From positions 3,907-67,906 of the IMG/VR virus record IMGVR_UViG_3300036982_000954: 64,000 bases of DNA. One strand, written 5' to 3'. The DNA comes from a virus. Taxonomy: Duplodnaviria > Caudoviricetes. The notes beneath the pieces were generated by a model, which had not been told where the DNA came from, made no database searches, and saw only the letters and a program-made list of their open reading frames with translations. The first letter of the stretch is position 1. Every line of letters begins with the position of its first letter. Below are positions 1-12,312 of the stretch, one piece after another. The position numbers and the translations under genes are program-made.

Positions 1-2
1 CT

Positions 3-65
3 GTAGAGGCTATTGCCTGGGCTGATCGCATTCGCACCGACCTAAACATAATACTGCTGGAGTAA
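3..65 (+). CDS. 3' end of a gene truncated by the window start
   Basis: Open frame VEAIAWADRIRTDLNIILLE ending at TAA 63-65, just before the next ATG at 70. Confidence 0.4.
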   Translation, partial: VEAIAWADRIRTDLNIILLE

Positions 66-69
66 TCTC

Positions 70-312
70 ATGAAGCTGGTCAAACTGATCCTGTACCTCA
101 TCGTCTATGCGGCCCTCTTCGTTGTCCTGTGGGTAGCTGAGCGCTTCTTCCTCGGCTACGAGGGGCTGGCCGTGCTCGCAGTGGTCCTGCTCGTGCATAT
201 TGCCTTCCACGTCGGCCAGAGCACCCTAACAAAAGAGGAACCCAAACATGATTACGCTGTTGAACCTCCACCCTTCCGAAAAGTTACCCTCGACGAAATT
301 GAAAGGGGCTAA
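70..312 (+). CDS. small membrane protein (two hydrophobic helices)
   Basis: 80-aa ORF with two long hydrophobic stretches; tightly packed with neighbours. Confidence 0.7.
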   Translation: MKLVKLILYLIVYAALFVVLWVAERFFLGYEGLAVLAVVLLVHIAFHVGQSTLTKEEPKHDYAVEPPPFRKVTLDEIERG

Positions 313-316
313 TCCC

Positions 317-991
317 ATGAAGCCTATCCAGATATTCCTCATGGCCTTTGCTACCCCGGACTATCTCCCCGATTTGGGGGAGATGGACAAGAGCCTTGCG
401 CGGGTAGCAAAGGAACGCCGGAGCAGAGTCTGCTTTGCTATGGGAGACGAAGTGTTTGTGCATCTGCGCGAACACACCCTTCCCCCCATGACCTGGGCCA
501 GCGCGACATCGAAGAAGGCCGGTCTGGTCCTGCAAACCCTCACAGAGAGCCTGGAATACCCTGACAGTTGGGTTATGTACCTGGACGCCGATGCCCGGTT
601 CATCAAACCCCCGCCGTTTCGCACCCTTCTGGAGGGCGCAGGGGTGGACGGGCTGAACGTCCTAGCCCACCTGTTCCCCCACCCCCGGAAAGGGCCGGAG
701 TTGCTTACGGGCACCCTGTTCTTCCGTTCCTGCCCTGCCGCCCAAGGAATCCTCTATGACTGGGCGGAACGGTGTGAGAACAATACCGGAGTATGGGACC
801 AGCGCCATTTGGAAAACGTGCTGGGCACCCGCTCCGACCTAGCCCCTCTGGTCGGCAACCTGGGCTATCAGTGGTGCTGGATCGACGGCGGCAAGCAACC
901 CGACCTCAGCGAACAGGTATTCGGCCCGCGCCCGGCCGACGTCTGCATTGTGCATACTCAGGCGTCCCGGCGTTTGAAAAACAAGGAGTAG
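317..991 (+). CDS. nucleotide-diphospho-sugar transferase-like glycosyltransferase (GT-A)
   Basis: Start re-chosen at MKPIQ (GAAAGGGG upstream); MYLDADA DxD motif, LLTGTLFF, WDQ and late HTQAS motifs. Confidence 0.7.
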   Translation: MKPIQIFLMAFATPDYLPDLGEMDKSLARVAKERRSRVCFAMGDEVFVHLREHTLPPMTWASATSKKAGLVLQTLTESLEYPDSWVMYLDADARFIKPPPFRTLLEGAGVDGLNVLAHLFPHPRKGPELLTGTLFFRSCPAAQGILYDWAERCENNTGVWDQRHLENVLGTRSDLAPLVGNLGYQWCWIDGGKQPDLSEQVFGPRPADVCIVHTQASRRLKNKE

Positions 992-994
992 CCC

Positions 995-1309
995 ATGTCT
1001 ACCACTTCCAAGCATTACTCCCTATTCACCCCATCCCGCAAAGAGCAGCAGGAGATCCGGGACGCCTACCTACAGAAGAACTTGCGGGAAGTGCTGGTTG
1101 CCCTCTACGGGGATGATGCCCACTTTGTCCCCCTGCTCCTGAAGAACAAGAGCAGCATCCGGCGCTTTATCAAAATAGGCAAAGCCTGGGAGAAGGAAGT
1201 GCTTCGACGGGAGGGGGATACCCCGATCCCCCGAATCTGGTGTAAGTATACGCTTTGCCGAGAGGCGCTACTGCTCTCAGTCGGGCAAAGAAAACCCCGG
1301 CCGAGCTAA
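995..1309 (+). CDS. hypothetical protein
   Basis: 104-aa ORF with AAGGAG RBS, last gene before the convergent junction. Confidence 0.7.
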   Translation: MSTTSKHYSLFTPSRKEQQEIRDAYLQKNLREVLVALYGDDAHFVPLLLKNKSSIRRFIKIGKAWEKEVLRREGDTPIPRIWCKYTLCREALLLSVGQRKPRPS

Positions 1310-1322
1310 GTCCCGACCGGGG
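1287..1322 (-). terminator. intrinsic terminator closing the leftward structural operon
   Basis: Minus-strand RNA CCCCGGUCGGG-ACUUAG-CUCGGCCGGGG (11 bp with two G-U pairs) followed by UUUUCUUU; wobble pairs only work on this strand. Confidence 0.8.
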
Positions 1323-1344
1323 CCTTGGATGAGGTCTAATCCTA

Positions 1345-1629
1345 CTACTTCTCGAACCACTTCAGAAAGGCATATCCTACACCCGCCAGGATACCGCCCA
1401 AAACTCCGCCGACGGCACTATAGCGCGCAATGCGGATTTCTCTGGTGAGGCTATACTTCCAGCACTGGAGCCCCACTATAATAGCGCTGCTATGGGCAGC
1501 ACAAAGTTTTGCCGTAGGGTGGGCAGACATTCCTGGCACAGGGGTTAGTTCACTAATTACCTCAATAGAGTGGTCTATCCTGTCCCGCAACACATGCACC
1601 GCCATATCATTGACTTCATTACCGTTCAT
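1345..1629 (-). CDS. small protein with C-terminal TM helix (holin-like position)
   Basis: 94 aa, C-terminal GGVLGGILAGVGYAFLKW helix; last gene of the structural operon. Confidence 0.55.
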   Translation of the reverse strand: MNGNEVNDMAVHVLRDRIDHSIEVISELTPVPGMSAHPTAKLCAAHSSAIIVGLQCWKYSLTREIRIARYSAVGGVLGGILAGVGYAFLKWFEK

Positions 1630-1638
1630 TCTCGCCTC

Positions 1639-2322
1639 CTACTTGGACTTGGTTCTGGGTTGGTGCTGCTCGACGAAGGCCCGTTCTCCCTTGGACTGCT
1701 CTATTACTGCCTTCAAGGCGGTCCAGGCATCCGGCGCCTTTAGCTTTGCAGCATCCAGGCTGCGGATAACCCCCTTGGCCTTACCAAGGACATGGGTCCG
1801 CCGCCAGCCGTTTACCAAACCGTAGGCTAGAATCAGGCCCGCCGCGCCGCCGCACAGCCATACCACTTGTCGCGGGTACATCGTCAGTCCACCCCCTAAT
1901 CCCAAAGCAATGATGCCCAGCGCCAGGACATCATCGGCCCAGTCACTGGCACGGTAGGTCAGATAACCCCCGATTACCAGCAATAGACCGCCCAGCACCA
2001 TGAAGGGGATACCATACAGGCGCACCGCCGCACGGGCAGCAGCCTCCTCCGCAGCCAGCCGTTCCCTGGCCATGTTTGCCCATTCTGCCCGTTGCTGGAC
2101 CAAAGACTTCCCGCGCAGGCGCTCTTTGGTAATGCCGCCGATCCGGTAGCCCGGCCAGATGGGAATCCCCATGTTGGTTATCTCCTCCCGCGTGACCTCA
2201 ACAGCTTGGCCCGCCTCGGTCGAGGAGACACAACAACCTGCCCCCACAACCAGAAGCAGGAACAGGAAGGTTAAAAACAGCAGCGCATCTACCAGATTTT
2301 GCTTACTCATTTTCTTACTCAT
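1639..2322 (-). CDS. membrane/lipoprotein, possibly lysis-related
   Basis: Start at MSKKM (ATGA overlap with upstream stop); signal-like LFLTFLFLLLVVGAGC and three further TM segments. Confidence 0.6.
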   Translation of the reverse strand: MSKKMSKQNLVDALLFLTFLFLLLVVGAGCCVSSTEAGQAVEVTREEITNMGIPIWPGYRIGGITKERLRGKSLVQQRAEWANMARERLAAEEAAARAAVRLYGIPFMVLGGLLLVIGGYLTYRASDWADDVLALGIIALGLGGGLTMYPRQVVWLCGGAAGLILAYGLVNGWRRTHVLGKAKGVIRSLDAAKLKAPDAWTALKAVIEQSKGERAFVEQHQPRTKSK

Positions 2323-2936
2323 TTCCGGGGTTCCTTTTGCGGGGCCGGTTTCGCGGGTTTTGCCTCCGACCGGGCAGGGGCCAGGGTCGGGGCCGAATCT
2401 TGCGTCTGCGGGGCTGATTCGGTGCCCGCAGGGGCATCCGGCGCCTCCGTGAACTCGATCAGGGAACACAGGGGCACCAGAATGGCGGCGGTCAGGCCCG
2501 GCGGCACCCGCTTTTCGTCCAGCACCAGCTTCCTGACCTCATATTCCTCTTCCTCGTCCAGGAACGCCTGCCACTCCTTGCGCTTTTCATCCATCCCGTG
2601 CTTTTTCTCCAACTCCTTCAAATCCGCCTCGAACTTAGCCCAGCGCTCGGGCGAAATATCAAAGCGGGTGGTCTTCGGCCCGGTAGGAAACTGAATGGCT
2701 TTCCCATTCGCGTCCTTGTTGGAAGCTTCCTCGCACAGGGCAAGCCGCTCCTTGTTGAAATCCTCGGGCTCCCGCAGCACCTTCTCAATACGGACTAGTT
2801 CCGCCCCCAAATGGTCCGCGTTGTAAATGATCGCGTACATTAGTTTGGGGAACTCGCCGCCGACGTGCGGCGCGGCTTGATTGAGGGCGTTCACGATGCC
2901 GGCGACGGTCTTGCGGGGGAGTTTGACTTTCGACAT
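2319..2936 (-). CDS. conserved phage tail-region protein (DUF1617-like), Pro/Ala-rich tail
   Basis: Start at MSKVK; pattern YAIIYN...CEEASNKDANG resembles DUF1617-type proteins. Confidence 0.5.
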   Translation of the reverse strand: MSKVKLPRKTVAGIVNALNQAAPHVGGEFPKLMYAIIYNADHLGAELVRIEKVLREPEDFNKERLALCEEASNKDANGKAIQFPTGPKTTRFDISPERWAKFEADLKELEKKHGMDEKRKEWQAFLDEEEEYEVRKLVLDEKRVPPGLTAAILVPLCSLIEFTEAPDAPAGTESAPQTQDSAPTLAPARSEAKPAKPAPQKEPRK

Positions 2937-2938
2937 GG

Positions 2939-3133
2939 TTAGTCTACCTTCTGTTGGGGTTGCTGGGTTTTGGGGCAAGGCTTAGGCTGAATCCGATCCA
3001 GCACGGCCAGGAACTCAGGCCACGGCCCGCGGAAGTCGGGGCACCGGGAGCACACGCCGCGATGCACCGTCAGCGCCTTCCGGGCGCATTCGATCTTGGC
3101 GCGGGTCAGTTGCTTTCCGTGCTCACAACTCAT
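2939..3133 (-). CDS. small Cys-rich hypothetical protein
   Basis: MSCEH start overlapping the upstream TAA (TAATG); five Cys. Confidence 0.55.
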   Translation of the reverse strand: MSCEHGKQLTRAKIECARKALTVHRGVCSRCPDFRGPWPEFLAVLDRIQPKPCPKTQQPQQKVD

Positions 3134-3684
3134 TAGGCCCATCCAAGTTCTATTTGGCCGGTCGTATCATCGCCATCGTAACGGGTATATGTTCCGACAG
3201 GCAACATGCCAGGACACACCCGCTTTTTCCCCCGCCATATAAAGTGGTGGGTATAGGTTCCGGTGTTCATACAGGCAATCCACAACCAGTACACCGGGTA
3301 ATCCGGCGGAGTTTCGTAGTATGCATTTAATGTCAGATTGGCTAGGTATCCATTGGATGTAGACCATCCCGCTTTATTATTGATAGATACATAACCACTC
3401 ACCGACCATAAGAGCCTGTTGTCACTAGCCAGGGGCCAACCAGGTTGCCGATGCAGCGTGCCATCCCACGCTGGCCGTGCTAACGCAGAACAATCACCAT
3501 TAGCCAGAAGGTCCCCATCCTCATAATCCACCAGGCATATTGGGTCTTTGTACCATACCGGCGCTGTAAGTCCGGGGGCTGGCGGGTATCTATGGTCAAA
3601 TACGTACTTTGACGCATTTGCAGCGCGCACCAGCTTGCCGCCAGCCTGCCAGAGTTGCCCCTCGGTTTTCCGGAGGATCGCCAC
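3133..3684 (-). CDS. hypothetical protein (tail-fibre associated)
   Basis: 183-aa aromatic-rich ORF in an operon-packed position. Confidence 0.65.
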   Translation of the reverse strand: MAILRKTEGQLWQAGGKLVRAANASKYVFDHRYPPAPGLTAPVWYKDPICLVDYEDGDLLANGDCSALARPAWDGTLHRQPGWPLASDNRLLWSVSGYVSINNKAGWSTSNGYLANLTLNAYYETPPDYPVYWLWIACMNTGTYTHHFIWRGKKRVCPGMLPVGTYTRYDGDDTTGQIELGWA

Positions 3685-3687
3685 GGG

Positions 3688-4695
3688 TTACAGCCCTTTC
3701 TTGCCTTCGGCCAATCGCCGCAACTGGTGGCGCGGGTACACGTCGTAACACGCTGCCTCGTGGTAGCGCGAGCCGGTGGGCGGGCGCAGTATCAGCGCCA
3801 GCTTGTACCAGTGCCGGGCCTGCTCTTTCATGTTCCCACTTGCCAGCGCAATGTCGCCCAGTAGACAGTACGCCTCCGCCCGCAGACTGTCAATTTGCAA
3901 CGCCTCTAACGCTTCATACCAAGCCTTGCCCAGGTCAATCCAATACAGGGTGCGCGCCAACTGCAACTGGCCGTAGTAGTGCATCCAGTCGCCGAGCCTT
4001 ACTACCCCCAAGAACTCGCGATAGGTAGCCTCCGCCGGTCCCCAACGCCGGCTATCGTACTGGGCGCGGGCCAGATTGTACAGCAACCGTGACGACCGCA
4101 GCCCGCGCCGATAGTCAGCCTCCAGAATGGCGAGAGCTTGGGCGCTACCCTGACCGGGCCGCCCGCGATGGCCAACCACAAGTTCTGGTAGCTGTTTCAC
4201 CGGCAGTTGAGTAATGACAAACTCATGCGCGGAATGGTCGGGGTCGTACTGCGCCTGCCCGCTGGGCCACACCCGGCACTGGGCGTAGCGCATACCGTCG
4301 CCCTCCAGGTATATCTCAAAGGCAGTGGGCTGAGCAGCCCCCATGATAGTCCCCCGGATTGCGATACCAAACTCTGGTGGAATATCAAAGTCGGGGTCAA
4401 GCACCACAACCCAGTCACCGGTGCAGTAGGAAAGAGCTTCGTTCCGTGCCACGTTGAATCTGAACTCGCCTAATGGGGTGTGGGAATTGAAGAACCGGGA
4501 CGCACAAAACTTGATCTTGGGATTGTTCAGCGCAGCGCGTTGGAGCAGGGTCAAAGAACCATCCGTGCTGCCCGTGTCAACAATTACTACCTCGTCAGCC
4601 CACGGCGCGACGGCAGCCAGGAACGCCGGCAACCATGCCTCCTCGTTCTTGCAGATTGCCGCGACGCTGACGCTAATGGGTGGTGCGGTGTTCAT
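3688..4695 (-). CDS. GT2 glycosyltransferase with C-terminal TPR repeats
   Basis: ICKNEE, VDTGSTDG, FNVARNEAL, VLDPD motifs, then helical TPR-like repeats (LYNLARAQY, AEAYCLLGDIAL). Confidence 0.85.
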   Translation of the reverse strand: MNTAPPISVSVAAICKNEEAWLPAFLAAVAPWADEVVIVDTGSTDGSLTLLQRAALNNPKIKFCASRFFNSHTPLGEFRFNVARNEALSYCTGDWVVVLDPDFDIPPEFGIAIRGTIMGAAQPTAFEIYLEGDGMRYAQCRVWPSGQAQYDPDHSAHEFVITQLPVKQLPELVVGHRGRPGQGSAQALAILEADYRRGLRSSRLLYNLARAQYDSRRWGPAEATYREFLGVVRLGDWMHYYGQLQLARTLYWIDLGKAWYEALEALQIDSLRAEAYCLLGDIALASGNMKEQARHWYKLALILRPPTGSRYHEAACYDVYPRHQLRRLAEGKKGL

Positions 4696-4883
4696 TTGGG
4701 TGGCAACGGGCCGGCTGCGCCTCTTACCCCGACGCCATCGGCGGGTCCTTTTTCGCCCTCCGCGCCCGCCGGACCTTCTTTGCCCAATGGACCATTTATC
4801 AATCCATTGGCGTCCAGGATCTTCCGTAACTCCGCGATCTGCGCCTGTAGCTCGGCCACTTGCGCCTGTTCTTTGGCGTCCAT
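4692..4883 (-). CDS. short coiled-coil plus collagen-like protein
   Basis: QVAELQAQIAELRKIL heptads followed by GPLGKEGPAGAEGEKGPA. Confidence 0.65.
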   Translation of the reverse strand: MDAKEQAQVAELQAQIAELRKILDANGLINGPLGKEGPAGAEGEKGPADGVGVRGAAGPLPPK

Positions 4884-4903
4884 TGGTCGGTCTCCTCTGC
4901 GGG

Positions 4904-5230
4904 TTACGGTTTGGCGACGGGCGCCGGCATCTCGGCCACGGCGGCGGGCGTCACTTGCAGGTCCTTCATCTTGCCGAGTGCTTCGGCCAGGGCGAACCCG
5001 GCCGTTTGCAGCGCGGCCGCGCGGACGATCTCGGCCTGTTTGACGGCGGCCTCGCGGTCGAGCGTGGCGCTGTAGACGGTGTCGCGCCGGACATCATCGG
5101 CCTGGTCGGTGGCGGCCTTTAGTGTGGTGTCTGCGGCGGCCGTGGCGGTGTCGTACTGCGCTTGCGCGGCGGCACAGGCGGCGACGTGTTTCGCGTTTTC
5201 TGCTGTCACTGCATCGGTGTAGGCGGACAT
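4904..5230 (-). CDS. Ala-rich helical protein
   Basis: Start at MSAYT with AAGGGAG RBS; strong GC3 codon bias. Confidence 0.7.
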   Translation of the reverse strand: MSAYTDAVTAENAKHVAACAAAQAQYDTATAAADTTLKAATDQADDVRRDTVYSATLDREAAVKQAEIVRAAALQTAGFALAEALGKMKDLQVTPAAVAEMPAPVAKP

Positions 5231-5246
5231 GGTGGACTCCCTTGGG

Positions 5247-8480
<3,234 letters not shown>

Positions 8481-9452
8481 TCAAAGGGAGGCCGGCAAAC
8501 TCAGGCTCGACCATGCCTTTTCTTCCAAAGTGGCAAACACCAACCAAATGTAGGGGTCGGTTTTGGAGTCGTCAAAAGTACCCGTATCGGACAAAGCCAC
8601 TGGGGTAGGGGGGCGGACTCCGTCGATCTTGATTGCCTTGCGCTTCCCTCCCACCAACTGGGAGTAGCCGACGTTCGCGACCTTGTGCGCCCAGGTTTCC
8701 ATTGGGAGGCTGCCCGCTGTTAACTTGGTAACAATCACCCCGATACGGAAGGTAACAACGTAATAGGTTACATTGTTGCGGACATTCGGCCCGTCGATGC
8801 CGATGTTCAGCATCTTCCCGCACCATTGCTTGACTGTCCTGGCCGCAATCGTTATATCAGCGCTGTTCATCGTATTCCGGTAGGCCCCCAAAGTCTCCGG
8901 GTTAGGAGAGGCTACGTTGTGACTCAGAGTGATAATCTCCAAGTCATCAGATTCCGAAATCGGTGGGTTGAATGCCTCCCCCGACTTCGCCGCAATGGCT
9001 GCCCCGGCCGCCGTTCCTACAATCTTGGTGGCGCCGATGGTTTCGTTCAGCCAAGTAGAAGCGATTAGTGCCTGCTCCCGCACCCGCATACGGGATTCCG
9101 AACTGAAGTTGATCTTCCAAGGATCGTTGGTCGGGTTGGTGAGAACCGGGACGTCGGTTTCCGTATCGTACTGAACCGGCACCCGGTAAATGTACCGGCT
9201 TTGGGTTTCCTCTACCGGACCCACCTGAACCGCAATAGCCCCAGTCTCCTGCGGGTGGGCATCCCCCACAGTGGGAACTGCGTAAGTCCCTGCCCCCTGT
9301 GCTGCGGTAACAATCTCCTGGGTGTTCGGGATACTCCCGGCCATATCAAAAACGACCAGGAAGACCCGCTTCGCACTCCGGCGGCCCGAATAGAGACGGG
9401 TGTGGTCCCGTCCCTCGGTTAGCTCATAGGTTCCGATCAAAGTAGCGGACAT
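8481..9452 (-). CDS. tail tip / distal tail protein
   Basis: 323 aa, lies between tape measure and fibre. Confidence 0.6.
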   Translation of the reverse strand: MSATLIGTYELTEGRDHTRLYSGRRSAKRVFLVVFDMAGSIPNTQEIVTAAQGAGTYAVPTVGDAHPQETGAIAVQVGPVEETQSRYIYRVPVQYDTETDVPVLTNPTNDPWKINFSSESRMRVREQALIASTWLNETIGATKIVGTAAGAAIAAKSGEAFNPPISESDDLEIITLSHNVASPNPETLGAYRNTMNSADITIAARTVKQWCGKMLNIGIDGPNVRNNVTYYVVTFRIGVIVTKLTAGSLPMETWAHKVANVGYSQLVGGKRKAIKIDGVRPPTPVALSDTGTFDDSKTDPYIWLVFATLEEKAWSSLSLPASL

Positions 9453-9461
9453 CGTAGCCCC

Positions 9462-11237
9462 CTATTTCATCTGCACGACTTCCAAACCCTTGATAGTAAT
9501 GCCCTGCAACTTGAAGTCCTGTAGCACGGCATTCATATCCTTGGTGTGAAGCTCGGTTTTGATCTGCGCTTCCTTCATGTCCAACGCCTCGGACGCCCGA
9601 TCAGTGTTCTTCAGCGCATAGGCTTCGGCGGAACCATACTCAATCAAGGGCGCCATGTTGCTGACCGGAAGGTCCATACGCGCACTCTCAATTGCCCACA
9701 ATTGCGCCCGCTCCATCAACTGTGACTTGTACAAATCCTGAATGCGCTTCTTTTCCTTGGGGTCATTCGTCCCTTGCAACATTCGATTCCGTGCTTCCTG
9801 CAAACCGATGAGGGTCTTCTGCTTCTCCGTGGCGGTGTAGAGCTTCAGGTCGTAGGCATACTTATCCTTCAACCCCGCCATAGTCTCGTCGTACTCCTTC
9901 TGCGCCGCCGTCATCTTCCCGGTAGCTACGGACTTACCAAAAAGGCTCTGTTCCGAACCACCCGCATAGCGGGTATATGCTGCTTGATAGCCTCCTTGGG
10001 CGGCTACTAACTTCGCCAGGGCCGCTTCGCGTTCAAGCGCAATTGGACTCTTACGCCAATCTGCCGCGCCCTTCTTGGTCTTCTGTTCCTCTCGACTTTC
10101 CTTGAAAATGTCTTCCACAAAACCCTCGACTTGCTCCTGCATCATCAAACGATCTTGGACTGTCCTATCCTCCACTATGGTCTTGCGCATCTTGACCTTA
10201 TCTTGCTCCTCCTTGAGAAGTTGTGGCCAGGTCTTCCCCTTATCGCTTGCGACAGAACCAGCATTCGCCGCAACGGTCTGCCAAACCTGTTGGGGCTCCT
10301 TACTCCGGTTCTCCCCAAACAAACCGGCGAAGAAGCCTCCAACAGCCCCCCGCTCCGGGAGATTCTTCAAACGCTTCAGAATTTCCGCTCGGGTTTCCGG
10401 CCGGTAGTAACCCTGTTCAGTACCACCCTCAGTAGTCAAACCCTGGACCGTTTCCGCTCCCCAACGTCCCGCTTTAGCCGCCCAGCCTTCCGCCCCTGTA
10501 ATATTCTTATTCATCCACTTTGTTAGAGCAAGTATAACTGGGATAAGTTCTACCCCAAAGGCTTTGACTACATCGTCCGTGACGTTCTTCAACTGGGCCA
10601 TTGAACCTTCGAGGGTATTTGTCTGAGCCTCTGCCATAGGCTGGAACTTGACTCCCTTTTCTGTCATAGCCTGCTGAATATCCTCGACGGACTTCCCCTT
10701 TGTATTGATTCCCAAACGGCGAGCCATGCGCGTATCGCCGTAGCGCGCCCGCGACATCATAGTCATAACCGATTCGGGACTTCCATAACCTGCCGCGCTA
10801 AAGCCTATAGCCGCCTGGGTAGTCTTCTCAATCTGGTCGGGGCGGATTCCCCGCAGCATCCCCGTTGCCATCATACTCTGAACGGCTTCGGAACTGAATG
10901 TGGTAGTCCGTTGCATCTGCTGGGAAAAGGCCATCAATTTGGGCAGGGCTGCCGACGCCTTTACCCCCGACATTTCCAATGCCTGGGCCAGCCGGAACGT
11001 AGCCTGCTCGGCCTGCGACGCTTCCCGCCTAATAGCAACAAAGGCGCCTATCGCGCCCGCAGCACTACCGACGCCCAGCAGCGACCCCCAGCCTAAGCCG
11101 CGGAGAACGCTGCCCCCGACAAGGCCGGCATTTCCCTTGATCGAATTGGCGATGCCGGCCAGTTGGGACTTGATCTTGCTCCCGTCCAGCAGTACTGGAA
11201 GGATTATGGGAGGGAGAGTGGCGGTGTTCTCAGCCAT
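9462..11237 (-). CDS. tape measure protein
   Basis: 591 aa Ala/Gly-rich helical protein directly after the chaperone pair; TMP-like segment QAEAQTNTLEGSMAQLKN. Confidence 0.85.
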   Translation of the reverse strand: MAENTATLPPIILPVLLDGSKIKSQLAGIANSIKGNAGLVGGSVLRGLGWGSLLGVGSAAGAIGAFVAIRREASQAEQATFRLAQALEMSGVKASAALPKLMAFSQQMQRTTTFSSEAVQSMMATGMLRGIRPDQIEKTTQAAIGFSAAGYGSPESVMTMMSRARYGDTRMARRLGINTKGKSVEDIQQAMTEKGVKFQPMAEAQTNTLEGSMAQLKNVTDDVVKAFGVELIPVILALTKWMNKNITGAEGWAAKAGRWGAETVQGLTTEGGTEQGYYRPETRAEILKRLKNLPERGAVGGFFAGLFGENRSKEPQQVWQTVAANAGSVASDKGKTWPQLLKEEQDKVKMRKTIVEDRTVQDRLMMQEQVEGFVEDIFKESREEQKTKKGAADWRKSPIALEREAALAKLVAAQGGYQAAYTRYAGGSEQSLFGKSVATGKMTAAQKEYDETMAGLKDKYAYDLKLYTATEKQKTLIGLQEARNRMLQGTNDPKEKKRIQDLYKSQLMERAQLWAIESARMDLPVSNMAPLIEYGSAEAYALKNTDRASEALDMKEAQIKTELHTKDMNAVLQDFKLQGITIKGLEVVQMK

Positions 11238-11240
11238 AGG

Positions 11241-11573
11241 TTAGCCCTTTTTCTTCTGCTGCGCAAGCATAGCATTGTGCGTCTGGGCATACATGCGCAT
11301 ACTGGCTTCCATCTCATCATGCGTTTGCGGCGGGGCAAACTCCAGCAGGCAGTCGGGTATCCTGGCCCGTGAGCCGCCCAGCATCCGGCGGAGCCAGCAC
11401 ACTATCTGGGCCGCGAGCCAACGGTCTTGGACGTAGGCAGACGGCTCTTCCCTCAAAAAGGCAGCCCATTCAACGAACTCCCGGCTGTCTATCTCTTGCT
11501 GGGCACGGGCTACACTCATGTGAAGATCGCGGGCCAGCCGGAACCAGAGCTTGCGCTCCGGCTGACCCTTCAA
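11241..11573 (-). CDS. tail assembly chaperone, frameshifted C-terminal part (gpT/DUF4035-like)
   Basis: LARDLHMSVARAQQEIDSREFVEWAAF motif; lies in the -1 frame of the upstream chaperone. Confidence 0.75.
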   Translation of the reverse strand: MKGQPERKLWFRLARDLHMSVARAQQEIDSREFVEWAAFLREEPSAYVQDRWLAAQIVCWLRRMLGGSRARIPDCLLEFAPPQTHDEMEASMRMYAQTHNAMLAQQKKKG

Positions 11574-11914
11574 CCTTTTCCCGCTTCATCCAAAGCGGCA
11601 CGGACAGCCAGACCATTCAATTCGCTGGCCTTCTGCGCCAGTTTGGTAATGATAGGGAAGGGAAGCACTTCCGCGAGCCGATCCACTTCGTCGTCCGCAA
11701 ACAGACGTTTGCCCTGTTCGTCTACCAAAGAGCGGACCAGTACATGCGCCTCCATGTTCCGGTCCTTGTTCTTCGGGTCATTCCAAGCGGCGCTGAGCGA
11801 ATCGCGCTCCATCCCGGACATGACGCGCAGGCAAACTTCCCCACCTAACTCGGGAACGTTCTCCTGAGTCAGGGCGGGTTTGTAGGCGAGGATTTGATCC
11901 TTGGTTAGAATCAT
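11570..11914 (-). CDS. tail assembly chaperone (gpG-like)
   Basis: Start at MILTKDQIL; RVMSGMERD and LVDEQGKRLF motifs; position between tube and TMP. Confidence 0.8.
   Translation of the reverse strand: MILTKDQILAYKPALTQENVPELGGEVCLRVMSGMERDSLSAAWNDPKNKDRNMEAHVLVRSLVDEQGKRLFADDEVDRLAEVLPFPIITKLAQKASELNGLAVRAALDEAGKG
11576..11582 (-). promoter_or_regulatory. -1 programmed frameshift slippery site G GGA AAA
   Basis: X XXY YYZ heptamer in the correct phase, two codons before the chaperone stop; -1 slip joins EAGK to RLKGQPERKLWF. Confidence 0.8.
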
Positions 11915-11922
11915 GTTACACC

Positions 11923-12297
11923 TCAGCTGTCGACTTCGACGGTGATTGCGCCACAAGGCGTGATTTCGGCATCCGCCTCCATGCGGTTGTCCACCTGGGC
12001 GTCGGCGCCGTAGTCCGACATAAACCCGGTGAACCGCCAAACATCGCCGCCCTTGAACGTGATGACGATCTGTTCCTTGGCGCTGTTGATGGGCGGTATC
12101 TTGCCCGGATCGAAGGCCAACCGCACCCTCATCGGGGCGGTGTCCGACAAGTCCGCCGGCTCCTTGGTCCGCGTCGTAGTCGTCCCCATATGGGTCGACT
12201 CAATCGCGGGGCGCGTCACCCGCGGGGTGTTGAAGGACAGGATTTCCGCGAAAAACCCTGTTGAGAAGGCAATGGTTGTTCCCTGCGTTGTGTGCAT
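11923..12297 (-). CDS. major tail tube protein
   Basis: 124 aa; IESTHMGT...DPG...FTGFMS...MEADAEITPCG pattern; GAAAGG RBS. Confidence 0.75.
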   Translation of the reverse strand: MHTTQGTTIAFSTGFFAEILSFNTPRVTRPAIESTHMGTTTTRTKEPADLSDTAPMRVRLAFDPGKIPPINSAKEQIVITFKGGDVWRFTGFMSDYGADAQVDNRMEADAEITPCGAITVEVDS

Positions 12298-12312
12298 ACT
12301 GCACCTTTCGTG

